58,386 bases of DNA from Candidatus Collierbacteria bacterium GW2011_GWB2_45_17 (GCA_001001485.1 LCKO01000010.1:1-58386); one strand, 5' to 3'. Shown: positions 51,112 through 58,386, counted from the first letter of the stretch. Notes: generated from the sequence alone by a model not told the origin. Numbers and translations: made by a program.

Positions 51112-52494
51112 CTAAAAGTTTAGAAACTCCACTAGCTCCTCCGGCGGTGGAGGTAGAGGAGAGTGCAAAAGCAGAGGCGCTAGTGAGTGAATCAAAAGTA
51201 AAGGCAGTGGTATAGCCGGCATGAGCCAGGGAGAGATTGGCGGTGGGGGCAATAATGGATGACCAAGGCAGGGTGCCGGCGAATGTTCCGGTGATGGTGC
51301 CGTTATTAAAGCATCCGCTCCTTTGCTGTCAATTGATAAAGCAACGTCGGTATCTCCTCCGGTGGCGGCCAGAGTGACTGTTCCACCGGTGGCGGCATTG
51401 GTGAGAGTAGCTTCGTTGACGGCAGAGGCGGTGGTGCCAAAGCGGATTGATTCGTTGCCGTTGCTATCAAGAATATCCCCACCCGTGATTTGGAGATCAT
51501 CGGCAATGATGGTTTTGGTGCCGGTGTTGTCAATTGTCAGGTTTCCGGAGGAGTCAACGGTGTGGGCGGAATAGACCGTGCCGTCAGTGTAGGTGAGGCG
51601 GAGCTGTTCCGTAGTTGCCAAAGAATCAAGTTTAGCATCCGGCCCCGTCGTCCCGATGCCGACGTTGCCGTTACCTAAAATTGACAACAACTTTGTATCA
51701 CTACCTATAATTCCTGTAGCGACCTGGAAAACAGTTTCAAGCGCCCCCAATGCCACACGATTAACACCACTTTTCTTGTTACCACTTAACCATATTGCGG
51801 GAGTTGTGTCGGTTGGATCATCTACTCCAATTATTCCCTCCATTTGTATACCGGGAAAAGCTGCGCTTGTACTTATACCAGCCAAACCAGCACCACCAAC
51901 AGTGGCATGTGTAGGTTTTATTTGTAAAATAGAATTGGTTGGAGCAAAGTCCACCATACCATGTGCTATATCGGTATCTGTCAAAAGAAGATTTCCATCT
52001 CTTACATCCAGTTTCGCTCCCGGTCCCGTCGTCCCGATGCCGACGTTGCCGGCGCCAACAATTAAGCCGTAGTTGTTGGTAGCCCCAGAGGCGGAGAAGT
52101 AGCCGCCGATATTGATGGAAGTGGTGCCGGTGTTGGTAACGGCAGAATAGAGTCCATAGGCGGTATGGGAAGCATTGGAGTTGGCGCCTGATCTACTAAT
52201 ATCCAAAAGTTTAGAAACTCCACTAGCTCCTCCGGCTGTGGAGGTGGAGGAGAGAGCAAAAGCAGAGGCGCTAGTGAGTGAATCAAAAGTAAAGGCGGTG
52301 GTATAGCCGGCATGAGCCAGGGAGAGATTGGCGGTGGGGGCAATAATGGATGACCAAGGCAGGGTGCCGGCGAATGTTCCGGTGATGGTGCCGTTAGTTG
52401 ACATCACCGGTGGCGGTGCCATTGAGATTGAGCGCATCAGCTCCTTTACTGTCAATTGATAAAGCAACGTCAGTATCTCCACCGGTGGCGGCAA
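51112..52494 (-). CDS. giant surface protein, internal segment (true coding part about 51303-52396; both ends of the ORF are out-of-frame read-through)
   Basis: 460-aa ORF. The central part reads STNGTITGTFAGTLPWSS...NVGIGTTGPDAKLDSLATTEQ... The N- and C-terminal Pro-rich stretches are alternative-frame translations of the repeat. Confidence 0.55.
   Translation of the reverse strand: MPPPVEILTLLYQLTVKELMRSISMAPPPVMSTNGTITGTFAGTLPWSSIIAPTANLSLAHAGYTTAFTFDSLTSASAFALSSTSTAGGASGVSKLLDISRSGANSNASHTAYGLYSAVTNTGTTSINIGGYFSASGATNNYGLIVGAGNVGIGTTGPGAKLDVRDGNLLLTDTDIAHGMVDFAPTNSILQIKPTHATVGGAGLAGISTSAAFPGIQMEGIIGVDDPTDTTPAIWLSGNKKSGVNRVALGALETVFQVATGIIGSDTKLLSILGNGNVGIGTTGPDAKLDSLATTEQLRLTYTDGTVYSAHTVDSSGNLTIDNTGTKTIIADDLQITGGDILDSNGNESIRFGTTASAVNEATLTNAATGGTVTLAATGGDTDVALSIDSKGADALITAPSPEHSPAPCLGHPLLPPPPISPWLMPAIPLPLLLIHSLAPLLLHSPLPPPPEELVEFLNF
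51304..51639 (-). repeat. 122-aa module copy 2 (3'-truncated at a deletion junction)
   Basis: Same unit as 49442-49807. It ends at DSKGADAL, followed by the junction ..GCTTTAATAACGGCACC. Confidence 0.8.
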
Positions 52495-55400
52495 ACAAGA
52501 CGGTGCCAGCTGTGGCTGCGTTAGTCAAAGTAGCTTCGTTGACGGCCGAGGCGGTGGTGCCAAAGCGGATTGATTCGTTGCCATTACTATCCAGGATATC
52601 TCCACCCGTTATCTGCAGATCGTCGGCAATGATGGTTTTGGTGCCGGTGTTATCAATGGTTAGGTTGCCTGAGGAATCGACGGTATGGGCGGAGTAGACT
52701 GTGCCGTCCGTATAAGTTAGTCTTAGTTGTTCGGTGAGTGCCAAAGAATCCAACTTAGCATCCGGTCCCGCCGTCCCGATGCCGACGTTGCCAGTGTCTC
52801 TATCCACCGTCAACCTTGTATTTATCGTTACGCCAGTCGCAGAATTTAAATAGAATTTATTATCTCCACCGTCATACACCATGCGAAAACCTCCTGAATT
52901 TGCATTACCAAAGGCGCCATTAGCCTCTGAATTAGCTTCTGTCAAGTCAATATAGGAGTCGTAAGTACTAAGAGTATTAAGTAAAACATTAGAATTAGTA
53001 GCACCATATACATTTAATTTACTTAACGGTCCCGTCGTCCCGATGCCGACTTGCCCGGCTTCATCAACCACAAAAGGAGTGGAATCGGTAAAAGTACCGT
53101 CATCATTGACGCGGAGAGCAAAGTTGGAAGTTCCGGCATCTGTTGAGGCGGTGGTAATATTTAGAGCTGATGAATTGGCCCCTGTATAGTTTTGAGCAAT
53201 CCTCATCGTGTCTCCGGTCCAAGTTAAGGTTCCGGCGGTTTGAGTTCCCGAGTCAGATACGGTTACCCCGGCTCCTGATACGGTATGGGTATTGCCAACG
53301 TTATTGAGAGTGATGGCGCGGGAGAGATCCAAGACATTGCCGGTTGAGTCAAGTCCAGCCCCGCCGTTAAATGTTTGGGAGTAGGTGACATTGGCAATAT
53401 CCGAGGTAAAGGCAGTTGAGCCGGACGACCCTGTTTTACTTAAAGTCAAAAGCTCTCCATTAAAGGCGGTGGCGGTCGAGGAGAGAGCCAGAGCCGTACC
53501 TGTTGTCAAACTTGTGGATGAAAGAGCAAAGGCATCGGCGCTAGTGAGTGAATCAAAAGTAAAGGCGGTGGTATAGCCGGCGTGAGCGAGGGAGAGATTG
53601 GCAGTTGGCGCAATGATAGAAGACCAAGGGAGGGTTCCGGCAAATGTTCCGGTGATGGTTCCATTACAAGAGAGGTTGCCATTGCTATTGGTCACGGTAC
53701 AGCCGGTACCTCCATATCCGCCGGCAATATTTACGTCCCCGGTGGCGGTGCCATTGAGATTTAAGGCATCAGCCCCTTTACTGTCAATTGATAAAGCAAT
53801 GTCCGTATCTCCACCGGTGGCGGCAAGTAAGACGGTGCCGGCGGTAGCGGCATTGGTTAAAGTGGCTTCATTCACGGCCGAGGCCGTGGTGCCAAACCGG
53901 ATTGATTCATTACCGTTACTATCCAAAATATCTCCACCGGTAATTTGGAGATCGTCGGCAATGATTGTTTTGGTGCCGGTGTTGTCAATGGTCAGGTTGC
54001 CGGAGGAGTCAACGGTATGGGCGGAGTAGACAGTGCCGTCGGTGTAGGTCAGTCTTAATTGTTCGGTCGTGGCTAAAGAATCCAATTTAGCGTCCGGCCC
54101 CGTCGTCCCGACGCCGACGTTGCCGGAATTATCTATTGTCATTCGTGTGCCTATTGCCGTCCCATTATATGTCGCAAAGTGAATGTTCTTTTGTATATTT
54201 GTTCTCGCTTGCAGGTAAAGATCTCCACTGTTCGAGTTGTATATGGTAGGTACACTCACAGATGAAAGAGCTGTTTGGCTTGCTTCAAGTCGCAGGTAGC
54301 CATCAAGGGAAGTATCTCCATCCTCATCAACATAAAACGCAGTTGTGTTTAGATTTGAACCTATCGTGAATAATATTTGGTTGCCGCTAACTGCGGAATC
54401 ATAGATTTCAAGGTTTGCCCCCGGTCCCGTCGTCCCGATGCCGACGTTGCCGGCGCCAACAATTAAGCCGTAGTTGTTGGTAGCTCCTGAAGCGGAGAAG
54501 TAACCACCGACGTTGGTGGTAGAAGCGCCGGTCTTGGCGGCATACAGTCCATAGCCGGTACCGGTAATTGCTCCCGACTGGGCGATCTCCAAGCCTTTCA
54601 CACTGGCAGTAGTTGCCGTGCTGTTGATATAGGTGTTGTGAGCCACGATGCCGTTGGCGACGAAGTTGTGGGTGTTGGCAATTTGGAGATCGTAGACATG
54701 TTTGGCTGGGAGGATGCGAATGGAGATGATTTTTTCAAATTGTAATTCTCCGTTAGGGTCTGTCCTTTTTGGGGAACCAGATCCGTTAAGGACAGACCCT
54801 ATTGGACTCAAGACCGCGATTTCGTCACCTTTGTTGAGATAGATGACCTTGGTCCATTGTGGTAAAGTATTATTGATGTCAATTAATCCGGCTTGGTCAT
54901 CGGTGGTTTCTGATTTGTTTGTTAATTTGTCAGCCGGTTGGTTTGGAGCCGCATTTATTGTGCCTAATTTTTCTAATGTAAAAGGAGCGAAAAGGTTAGT
55001 GATGTTGACGGGTGATTTAGTATTTGCTATAGTTTCATTGTTAATAGCATCTTGGTTGAGATTATGAAAAATATTGAAAAATTCGACATTCTTGATATCA
55101 ACGCCCGAGTGGCTATTGCTTTCGGACTGGCGTTGGTTGCTTTGTTGCTGACCTATATCGCTTTCTTTAAGTAATTTGGTTCTCGCTAAGTACGGGTGAT
55201 TGGCGGTCGTTTCAATTCTTTTGCCTGTTTCGGTAGTTAATTCATAGATTTCTTTGGTGCCCATGTCCAGGGTTTTTTCGACGATCTGGTACTCAAACTG
55301 TCCGGTTGCTTCGTTGAGAGACAGAACTTGGTCGCCGGACTGAATGTCTTTGATTTTTTTCTCACCGACAGAAGTGCTGACTAAGGAGTTTTCTTCGATA

Positions 55401-55675
55401 CACTGGCCGGCAACTTCCAGATTTGCCCCAGGCCCCGTCGTCCCGATGCCGACGTTGCCGGCGTTTAGAATAATATTTCCGGTAGTGGAGTTACCCAGGG
55501 TCAGAGATTGCTTCGCGGTGGTCGCCAGGTTGCCGTCTTGACGTTTAGGACCGCGAACTTGGCCGAGGTCGAGGCCGTACTGCCCACGAGGAGGTCGAGC
55601 GTGTCGTTTATGGGGGAGAGGGCGCCGGCGGTGATGCGCCAGTTTGAGGAACCACCGGCAGATTGAGCCACCCAA
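52394..55675 (-). CDS. giant surface protein, central segment (true coding part from about 55538)
   Basis: 1093-aa ORF. Two module copies and one intein. The first roughly 45 aa of the track ORF (MGGSICRWFLKLAHHRRRP...) are out-of-frame read-through of the upstream segment. Confidence 0.7.
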   Translation of the reverse strand: MGGSICRWFLKLAHHRRRPLPHKRHARPPRGQYGLDLGQVRGPKRQDGNLATTAKQSLTLGNSTTGNIILNAGNVGIGTTGPGANLEVAGQCIEENSLVSTSVGEKKIKDIQSGDQVLSLNEATGQFEYQIVEKTLDMGTKEIYELTTETGKRIETTANHPYLARTKLLKESDIGQQQSNQRQSESNSHSGVDIKNVEFFNIFHNLNQDAINNETIANTKSPVNITNLFAPFTLEKLGTINAAPNQPADKLTNKSETTDDQAGLIDINNTLPQWTKVIYLNKGDEIAVLSPIGSVLNGSGSPKRTDPNGELQFEKIISIRILPAKHVYDLQIANTHNFVANGIVAHNTYINSTATTASVKGLEIAQSGAITGTGYGLYAAKTGASTTNVGGYFSASGATNNYGLIVGAGNVGIGTTGPGANLEIYDSAVSGNQILFTIGSNLNTTAFYVDEDGDTSLDGYLRLEASQTALSSVSVPTIYNSNSGDLYLQARTNIQKNIHFATYNGTAIGTRMTIDNSGNVGVGTTGPDAKLDSLATTEQLRLTYTDGTVYSAHTVDSSGNLTIDNTGTKTIIADDLQITGGDILDSNGNESIRFGTTASAVNEATLTNAATAGTVLLAATGGDTDIALSIDSKGADALNLNGTATGDVNIAGGYGGTGCTVTNSNGNLSCNGTITGTFAGTLPWSSIIAPTANLSLAHAGYTTAFTFDSLTSADAFALSSTSLTTGTALALSSTATAFNGELLTLSKTGSSGSTAFTSDIANVTYSQTFNGGAGLDSTGNVLDLSRAITLNNVGNTHTVSGAGVTVSDSGTQTAGTLTWTGDTMRIAQNYTGANSSALNITTASTDAGTSNFALRVNDDGTFTDSTPFVVDEAGQVGIGTTGPLSKLNVYGATNSNVLLNTLSTYDSYIDLTEANSEANGAFGNANSGGFRMVYDGGDNKFYLNSATGVTINTRLTVDRDTGNVGIGTAGPDAKLDSLALTEQLRLTYTDGTVYSAHTVDSSGNLTIDNTGTKTIIADDLQITGGDILDSNGNESIRFGTTASAVNEATLTNAATAGTVLFAATGGDTDVALSIDSKGADALNLNGTATGDVN
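52397..52762 (-). repeat. 122-aa module copy 3
   Basis: DAKLDSLALTEQLRLTYTDG...NLNGTATGDVN, followed directly by a stop created at a 62-nt deletion junction. Confidence 0.85.
53729..54094 (-). repeat. 122-aa module copy 4
   Basis: DAKLDSLATTEQLRLTYTDG...NLNGTATGDVN, followed by the intact IAGGYGGTGCTVTNSNGNLSCNGTITG segment. Confidence 0.85.
54635..55402 (-). mobile_element. mini-intein 1 (256 aa) in the giant surface protein
   Basis: Cys1 after ..GANLEVAGQ (CIEENSLVST). Block B TTANHPYLA, block F/G VYDLQIANTHNFVANGIVAHN plus Thr (TYINS). Q/N/S-rich linker, no endonuclease motifs seen. Confidence 0.75.
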
Positions 55676-56775
55676 GAGAGCGTGCCGGAGCCGTTGGTTT
55701 GTAAGACATAGTTAGTTGTTTGAGAGCTGGGCCAGGTGTAAGAGAGAGAGTTGAGAGTGGTGGTGCCGGCGAAGGTAACGTTGTCGTTTAGGGAGATGAT
55801 GGTGGAGTTGGAAGTCAGAGTTAAGTTGCCGGCAATATCATCAAGGGTGTGAGCCACGCCGTCCAGAAGAGAGATAATTCCCGCGTTGTTTAGAGTAAAC
55901 TTGGCCACGCCGGAGGCGGAGGCGGAAAAAAGATTGCCGGCGCCTGATTGATTTACAATAAAAGCGGAGTCGGTGGCGTTGGTGTTTAGATAGGCTCGGC
56001 CATCGGCGGCCACCCAGAAGCGATCGGTCTCGGTGGAGCCTGAAGTAAGAGAGAGGAGCCTGCCGGTCGCCGTGTCGTTCCCTACGTAACCCGAGAGGAG
56101 AGAGCCGGAAGTGAGATTGGCGTTCGTGACTCTAAAAGAGTCTTCGGTGGTAGTGCCACCCAGAGCCAGGATTTGGCCGGAGCCAAGGGCGTCCGGCTGA
56201 AAAATAACGTCGCCACCGGAGTCAGTGCCAGTTTTGAGGGCCAGGACTTGACCTTGAACAGAAAAAGTGCCGGAACTGGAAATGAGGGAAGGAGAGGGGG
56301 CAGCGATATTGATGTTGCCGGAGTTGTCGACCACCGGTACGGTGTTGATGGTGGCGGACGAAGATGCCGGATACCCCTGGAGGGTTTCGGAGTTGAGAGC
56401 GTAGCCGACGGTGGCAATTTGCTGACGGGGGGTTAGAGTTTCGGCGCCGACGGTGATTTCCAGATAAACGTCCCGATTGTCCGTGAAAACAGTGGAAGTT
56501 ATTTCCGCACCACAGACAGTGTCGCCTAGGAGAGTGTTAAAAATGCCATCTTGGTCGGGAGTGATCGAACAGGTACCGGTGGTGTAGAGCTGAGTGGGGC
56601 CGGTGAGCGCGTTGTAGAGCTTGAAAACTACGTTGACGGCGGTGGTGATGGGAGTGCCGCCACTGTCGGTGAGCCTGCCTTGGAAGGAAAGTTGTCTTTT
56701 GGGAGGGGTAAGTGAAGTGGCGGCGGAGCTGGGTCTCGCTTGGCTCACGATCTGATTGTAGGCGAAGATAGCCAT
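55501..56775 (-). CDS. giant surface protein, N-proximal extracellular segment (frame open without a start codon up to about 57242)
   Basis: 424-aa ORF from ATG 56775, but the upstream in-frame codons encode a second SAM-like repeat and a TM helix (..LPWTPYLNLALLVLATTAMAIFAY). Motif SFQGRLTDSGGTPITTAVNVVFKLY...YLEITVGAETLTPRQQI. Confidence 0.65.
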   Translation of the reverse strand: MAIFAYNQIVSQARPSSAATSLTPPKRQLSFQGRLTDSGGTPITTAVNVVFKLYNALTGPTQLYTTGTCSITPDQDGIFNTLLGDTVCGAEITSTVFTDNRDVYLEITVGAETLTPRQQIATVGYALNSETLQGYPASSSATINTVPVVDNSGNINIAAPSPSLISSSGTFSVQGQVLALKTGTDSGGDVIFQPDALGSGQILALGGTTTEDSFRVTNANLTSGSLLSGYVGNDTATGRLLSLTSGSTETDRFWVAADGRAYLNTNATDSAFIVNQSGAGNLFSASASGVAKFTLNNAGIISLLDGVAHTLDDIAGNLTLTSNSTIISLNDNVTFAGTTTLNSLSYTWPSSQTTNYVLQTNGSGTLSWVAQSAGGSSNWRITAGALSPINDTLDLLVGSTASTSAKFAVLNVKTATWRPPRSNL

Positions 56776-57056
56776 GGCGGTAGTGGCCAGGACTAGGAGA
56801 GCCAGATTGAGGTAGGGCGTCCAAGGCAGAGCGTGGTAGCGGTCGTAGGCTTGGCCGAGTCTGTTTCTAGGCGTGGGGGATTCTTTCTTTCTTTGGGTCA
56901 GTCTTTCCAGCCAGGCCAGGGGAGAGAGAGTCTGGGGAGTAGCTTTCAGTTCGAAAGGATTTTCGGGGAGATAGCTTTGCTCGTAAGAAAACTTGGTGAG
57001 CTTTTTGATGGAGGACTGGCGACGGTTGATGACGGAAGTACTAGTATGAGATAGTT

Positions 57057-57590
57057 TTAGGTAGGTAACATAGGTGGAAAGTAGCTGTTCGCTAAGAATG
57101 TTGACCAGATTTTGGTCGGTAAAGGGGGTTTGGTTGGCAGTCCAGAGAAAGAAGTGATGAAGATCCGAAAGGTAGTTTTTGACGGTATTTTGGCGGAGGA
57201 GAGGGAAGCGGCGGGTGACACACCCTGTAGGGCCAGGCCTTGAGGATTGGTGCCCTTTAAGGCCTGGCCCTGGAGAGGGGCGAGGCCGAACTGGGCGTGC
57301 AGGAAAGTAGAGAAGCGGCGGATGGAGGCGAGGCGCCTGGCAGTGGTGTTTGCCGGAGTGAAGGAGGCTTTTTGAGCTTGAAGATAGGGATCGAGGTATT
57401 GATTGAGATTTTGGAAGATGTCTTTGGTGGTGAGGGTGAGGCCCGCCGCCGCCGAAGGCTCTGGCGAGGTAAAGGAGAGGAAGTGGCGGAGATCGGAGAG
57501 GTAGTTTTTGATAGAGACGGAAGAAAGACCGGCCTGCTGGAGAAAGGCTTGGAAGAATTTTAACAGTTCTACTTGGTCGGGCAGGTACAT
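57057..57590 (-). CDS. giant surface protein, N-terminal cytoplasmic segment with tyrosine-recombinase core-binding (SAM-like) repeat
   Basis: 177-aa ORF. FLQQAGLSSVSIKNYLSDLRHFLSF ... TTARRLASIRRFSTFL resembles the phage-integrase N-terminal SAM-like domain. The last roughly 60 aa are out-of-frame after the REP-A dimer. Confidence 0.6.
   Translation of the reverse strand: MYLPDQVELLKFFQAFLQQAGLSSVSIKNYLSDLRHFLSFTSPEPSAAAGLTLTTKDIFQNLNQYLDPYLQAQKASFTPANTTARRLASIRRFSTFLHAQFGLAPLQGQALKGTNPQGLALQGVSPAASLSSAKIPSKTTFRIFITSFSGLPTKPPLPTKIWSTFLANSYFPPMLPT
57224..57275. repeat. REP-A dimer with a 1-nt gap in one arm (site of frame break)
   Basis: CCTGTAGGGCCAGGCCTTG-AGG ... CCCTTTAAGGCCTGGCCCTGGAG. 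The arm GGCCTTGAGG lacks the C expected from palindrome symmetry (GGCCTTGCAGG). Confidence 0.75.
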
Positions 57591-57684
57591 AAAATTTAAC
57601 TGGCAGTGATGACCAGTAAAAATATAATGGGGAGAATAAAAATCAGGCCGGCGGTGAGAAGTTCGGGGAGAAACGAATTTTTGT

Positions 57685-57726
57685 TATATAGATTGCCGCG
57701 ATCGCCTAGGCAACCTCGCAATGACG
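57685..57726 (+). repeat. E-type hairpin element
   Basis: TATATAGATTGCCGCGATCGCCTAGGCAACCTCGCAATGACG. Confidence 0.8.
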
Positions 57727-57905
57727 ATTCGGAGTAGTCGGTAATTAACATGTGTTGATTAAGTGTTGATAACTTTGTTTTAGGTTTGGATTAGACGATA
57801 TTAGACGGTAATATACTAGGCTATATACTAATATAATAAGAGATTGTGACCAAGTCAAGAGGGAGAGAAAGGATGCGGAGAATCGATAAAATAGGTAATA
57901 ATTTG

Positions 57906-57936
57906 TATGGATTCCGGGTCGGTACCCGGAATGACA
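57906..57936 (+). repeat. G-type hairpin element
   Basis: TATGGATTCCGGGTCGGTACCCGGAATGACA. Confidence 0.7.
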
Positions 57937-58162
57937 TAGATTATTGACGCAGATGTTTGCGGGATAAATTATCTTCATGCGGATATTGTGGCTAATATTT
58001 TTAAATATCGCGCGGAAATACTAAATAGGCTCGGCTTTGTTGTGAAAATATTATCTGATGTAGAGTGATGTCTATTGATAATGAGATATATAGTATGCGG
58101 TAATTGCGTGACATGATTGAATTTATGGCTAACGCAGCAGAGTAAACCCTAATCGATTCTTC

Positions 58163-58199
58163 CGTCATTGCGAGGTTGCCTAGGTGACCGCGGCAATCC
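58163..58199 (-). repeat. E-type hairpin element (inverted)
   Basis: CGTCATTGCGAGGTTGCCTAGGTGACCGCGGCAATCC is the reverse complement of the E consensus. Confidence 0.8.
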
Positions 58200-58210
58200 G
58201 GGGAATGGAT

Positions 58211-58267
58211 CTACCCGCAAGGGGTATCCAGGAGAGCCACATCTCGACTACAAGATTTGCGATGACG
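58211..58267 (+). repeat. E-type long element, near-copy of the one inside copA
   Basis: CTACCCGCAAGGGGTATCCAGGAGAGCCACATCTCGACTACAAGATTTGCGATGACG versus 9061-9116. Confidence 0.75.
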
Positions 58268-58268
58268 A

Positions 58269-58385
58269 TTATATCTTGGGGTAGAGATATTCGGAGAAGA
58301 GGTACTGGAGAGAGAGGTAGGCGTAGATAAGGATGGGGTAGGAGGGTTTGATGGCAAAGGCAGTGAGGCTTGTAAGGCAGGCGAT
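58269..58385 (-). CDS. 3' end of a gene truncated by the window edge (hydrophobic C-terminus)
   Basis: Minus-strand frame reads IACLTSLTAFAIKPSYPILIYAYLSLQYLFSEYLYPKI, then stop (TAA, complement of 58269-58271). No stop occurs up to the window end. Confidence 0.35.
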   Translation of the reverse strand: MACLTSLTAFAIKPSYPILIYAYLSLQYLFSEYLYPKI

Positions 58386-58386
58386 A

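Larger units (their letters stand above)
45233..57590 (-). pseudogene. giant tail-fibre-like surface protein locus (about 4100 codons): one reading unit interrupted by four frame breaks
   Basis: Protein-like continuity across every ORF boundary. Breaks near 57242 (1-nt gap in a REP-A arm), near 55538 (1-nt loss next to an AA run), at 52394-52397 and near 51303 (both deletion junctions ending in TAACGGCACCATCACC). Could be a real pseudogene, a recoding site or an assembly error. Confidence 0.6.

Noticed and set aside
47424-54029. Many 60-160-aa plus-strand ORFs (for example 49443..49742, 51323..51574, 52398..52697, 53598..54029)
   Set aside because: They are antisense translations of the repeated modules of the giant minus-strand gene. 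They were useful only as markers of the four module copies.
45233-57590. Prophage interpretation of the tail-fibre-like locus
   Set aside because: No capsid, terminase, portal, integrase catalytic domain or lysis genes occur in the window. The protein has a cellular TM anchor and sits between housekeeping genes and a pilin-like gene.
57745-57978. 77-aa minus-strand ORF in the AT-rich region upstream of the giant gene
   Set aside because: It is AT-rich and low complexity, overlaps a G-type repeat, and has no RBS. It is more likely promoter or regulatory DNA.

Overview
58.4-kb chromosomal segment. The gene content suggests a Candidate Phyla Radiation / Patescibacteria-like bacterium, but this is inference only: short 4-domain S1, sortase, L,D-transpeptidase, LysM-M23 peptidase, DUF4012, pilin-like gene, many small secreted Cys-rich proteins, unlinked 5S rRNA. 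Recognisable genes: a stand-alone 5S rRNA, AAA ATPase, rpsA, and a copper/metal homeostasis island (5.9-16.1 kb). The island holds two BlaI/BlaR1-like pairs, an HMA-TauE-cupredoxin fusion, copA with an unusual C-terminal extension, DsbA-like, YtkA/FixH-like, DUF302 and a small membrane protein. Further genes: radA, a ParD/RelE pair, an AbrB/VapC pair, and a glycosylation cluster (large GT-C-like membrane protein plus two GT2). Also a block of secreted proteins, an L,D-transpeptidase, sortase, rho, DUF4012, an FkbM methyltransferase, a LysM-M23 peptidase, obgE and a pilin-like gene. Three things stand out. (1) The window is saturated with at least seven families of short hairpin/palindromic repeats. 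Two of them are 23-nt perfect palindromes, REP-A CCTGCAGGGCCAGGCCCTGCAGG and REP-B CCTGCGAGGACAGTCCTCGCAGG. Each co-occurs with its own REP-associated tyrosine transposase (RAYT) paralog. Copies sit in frame inside housekeeping genes (obgE, radA, copA and others) and inside the RAYT genes themselves. (2) A roughly 12.4-kb minus-strand locus (45233-57590) reads as one giant tail-fibre-like surface protein of about 4100 aa. It has an N-terminal recombinase-core-binding-like cytoplasmic domain, one TM helix, four roughly 122-aa near-identical modules, two divergent mini-inteins at the same extein motif, and four frame breaks. It lies directly upstream of the pilin-like gene. (3) The copper island has atypical regulation and architecture. 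No tRNA, CRISPR array, cas gene or reverse transcriptase was seen.
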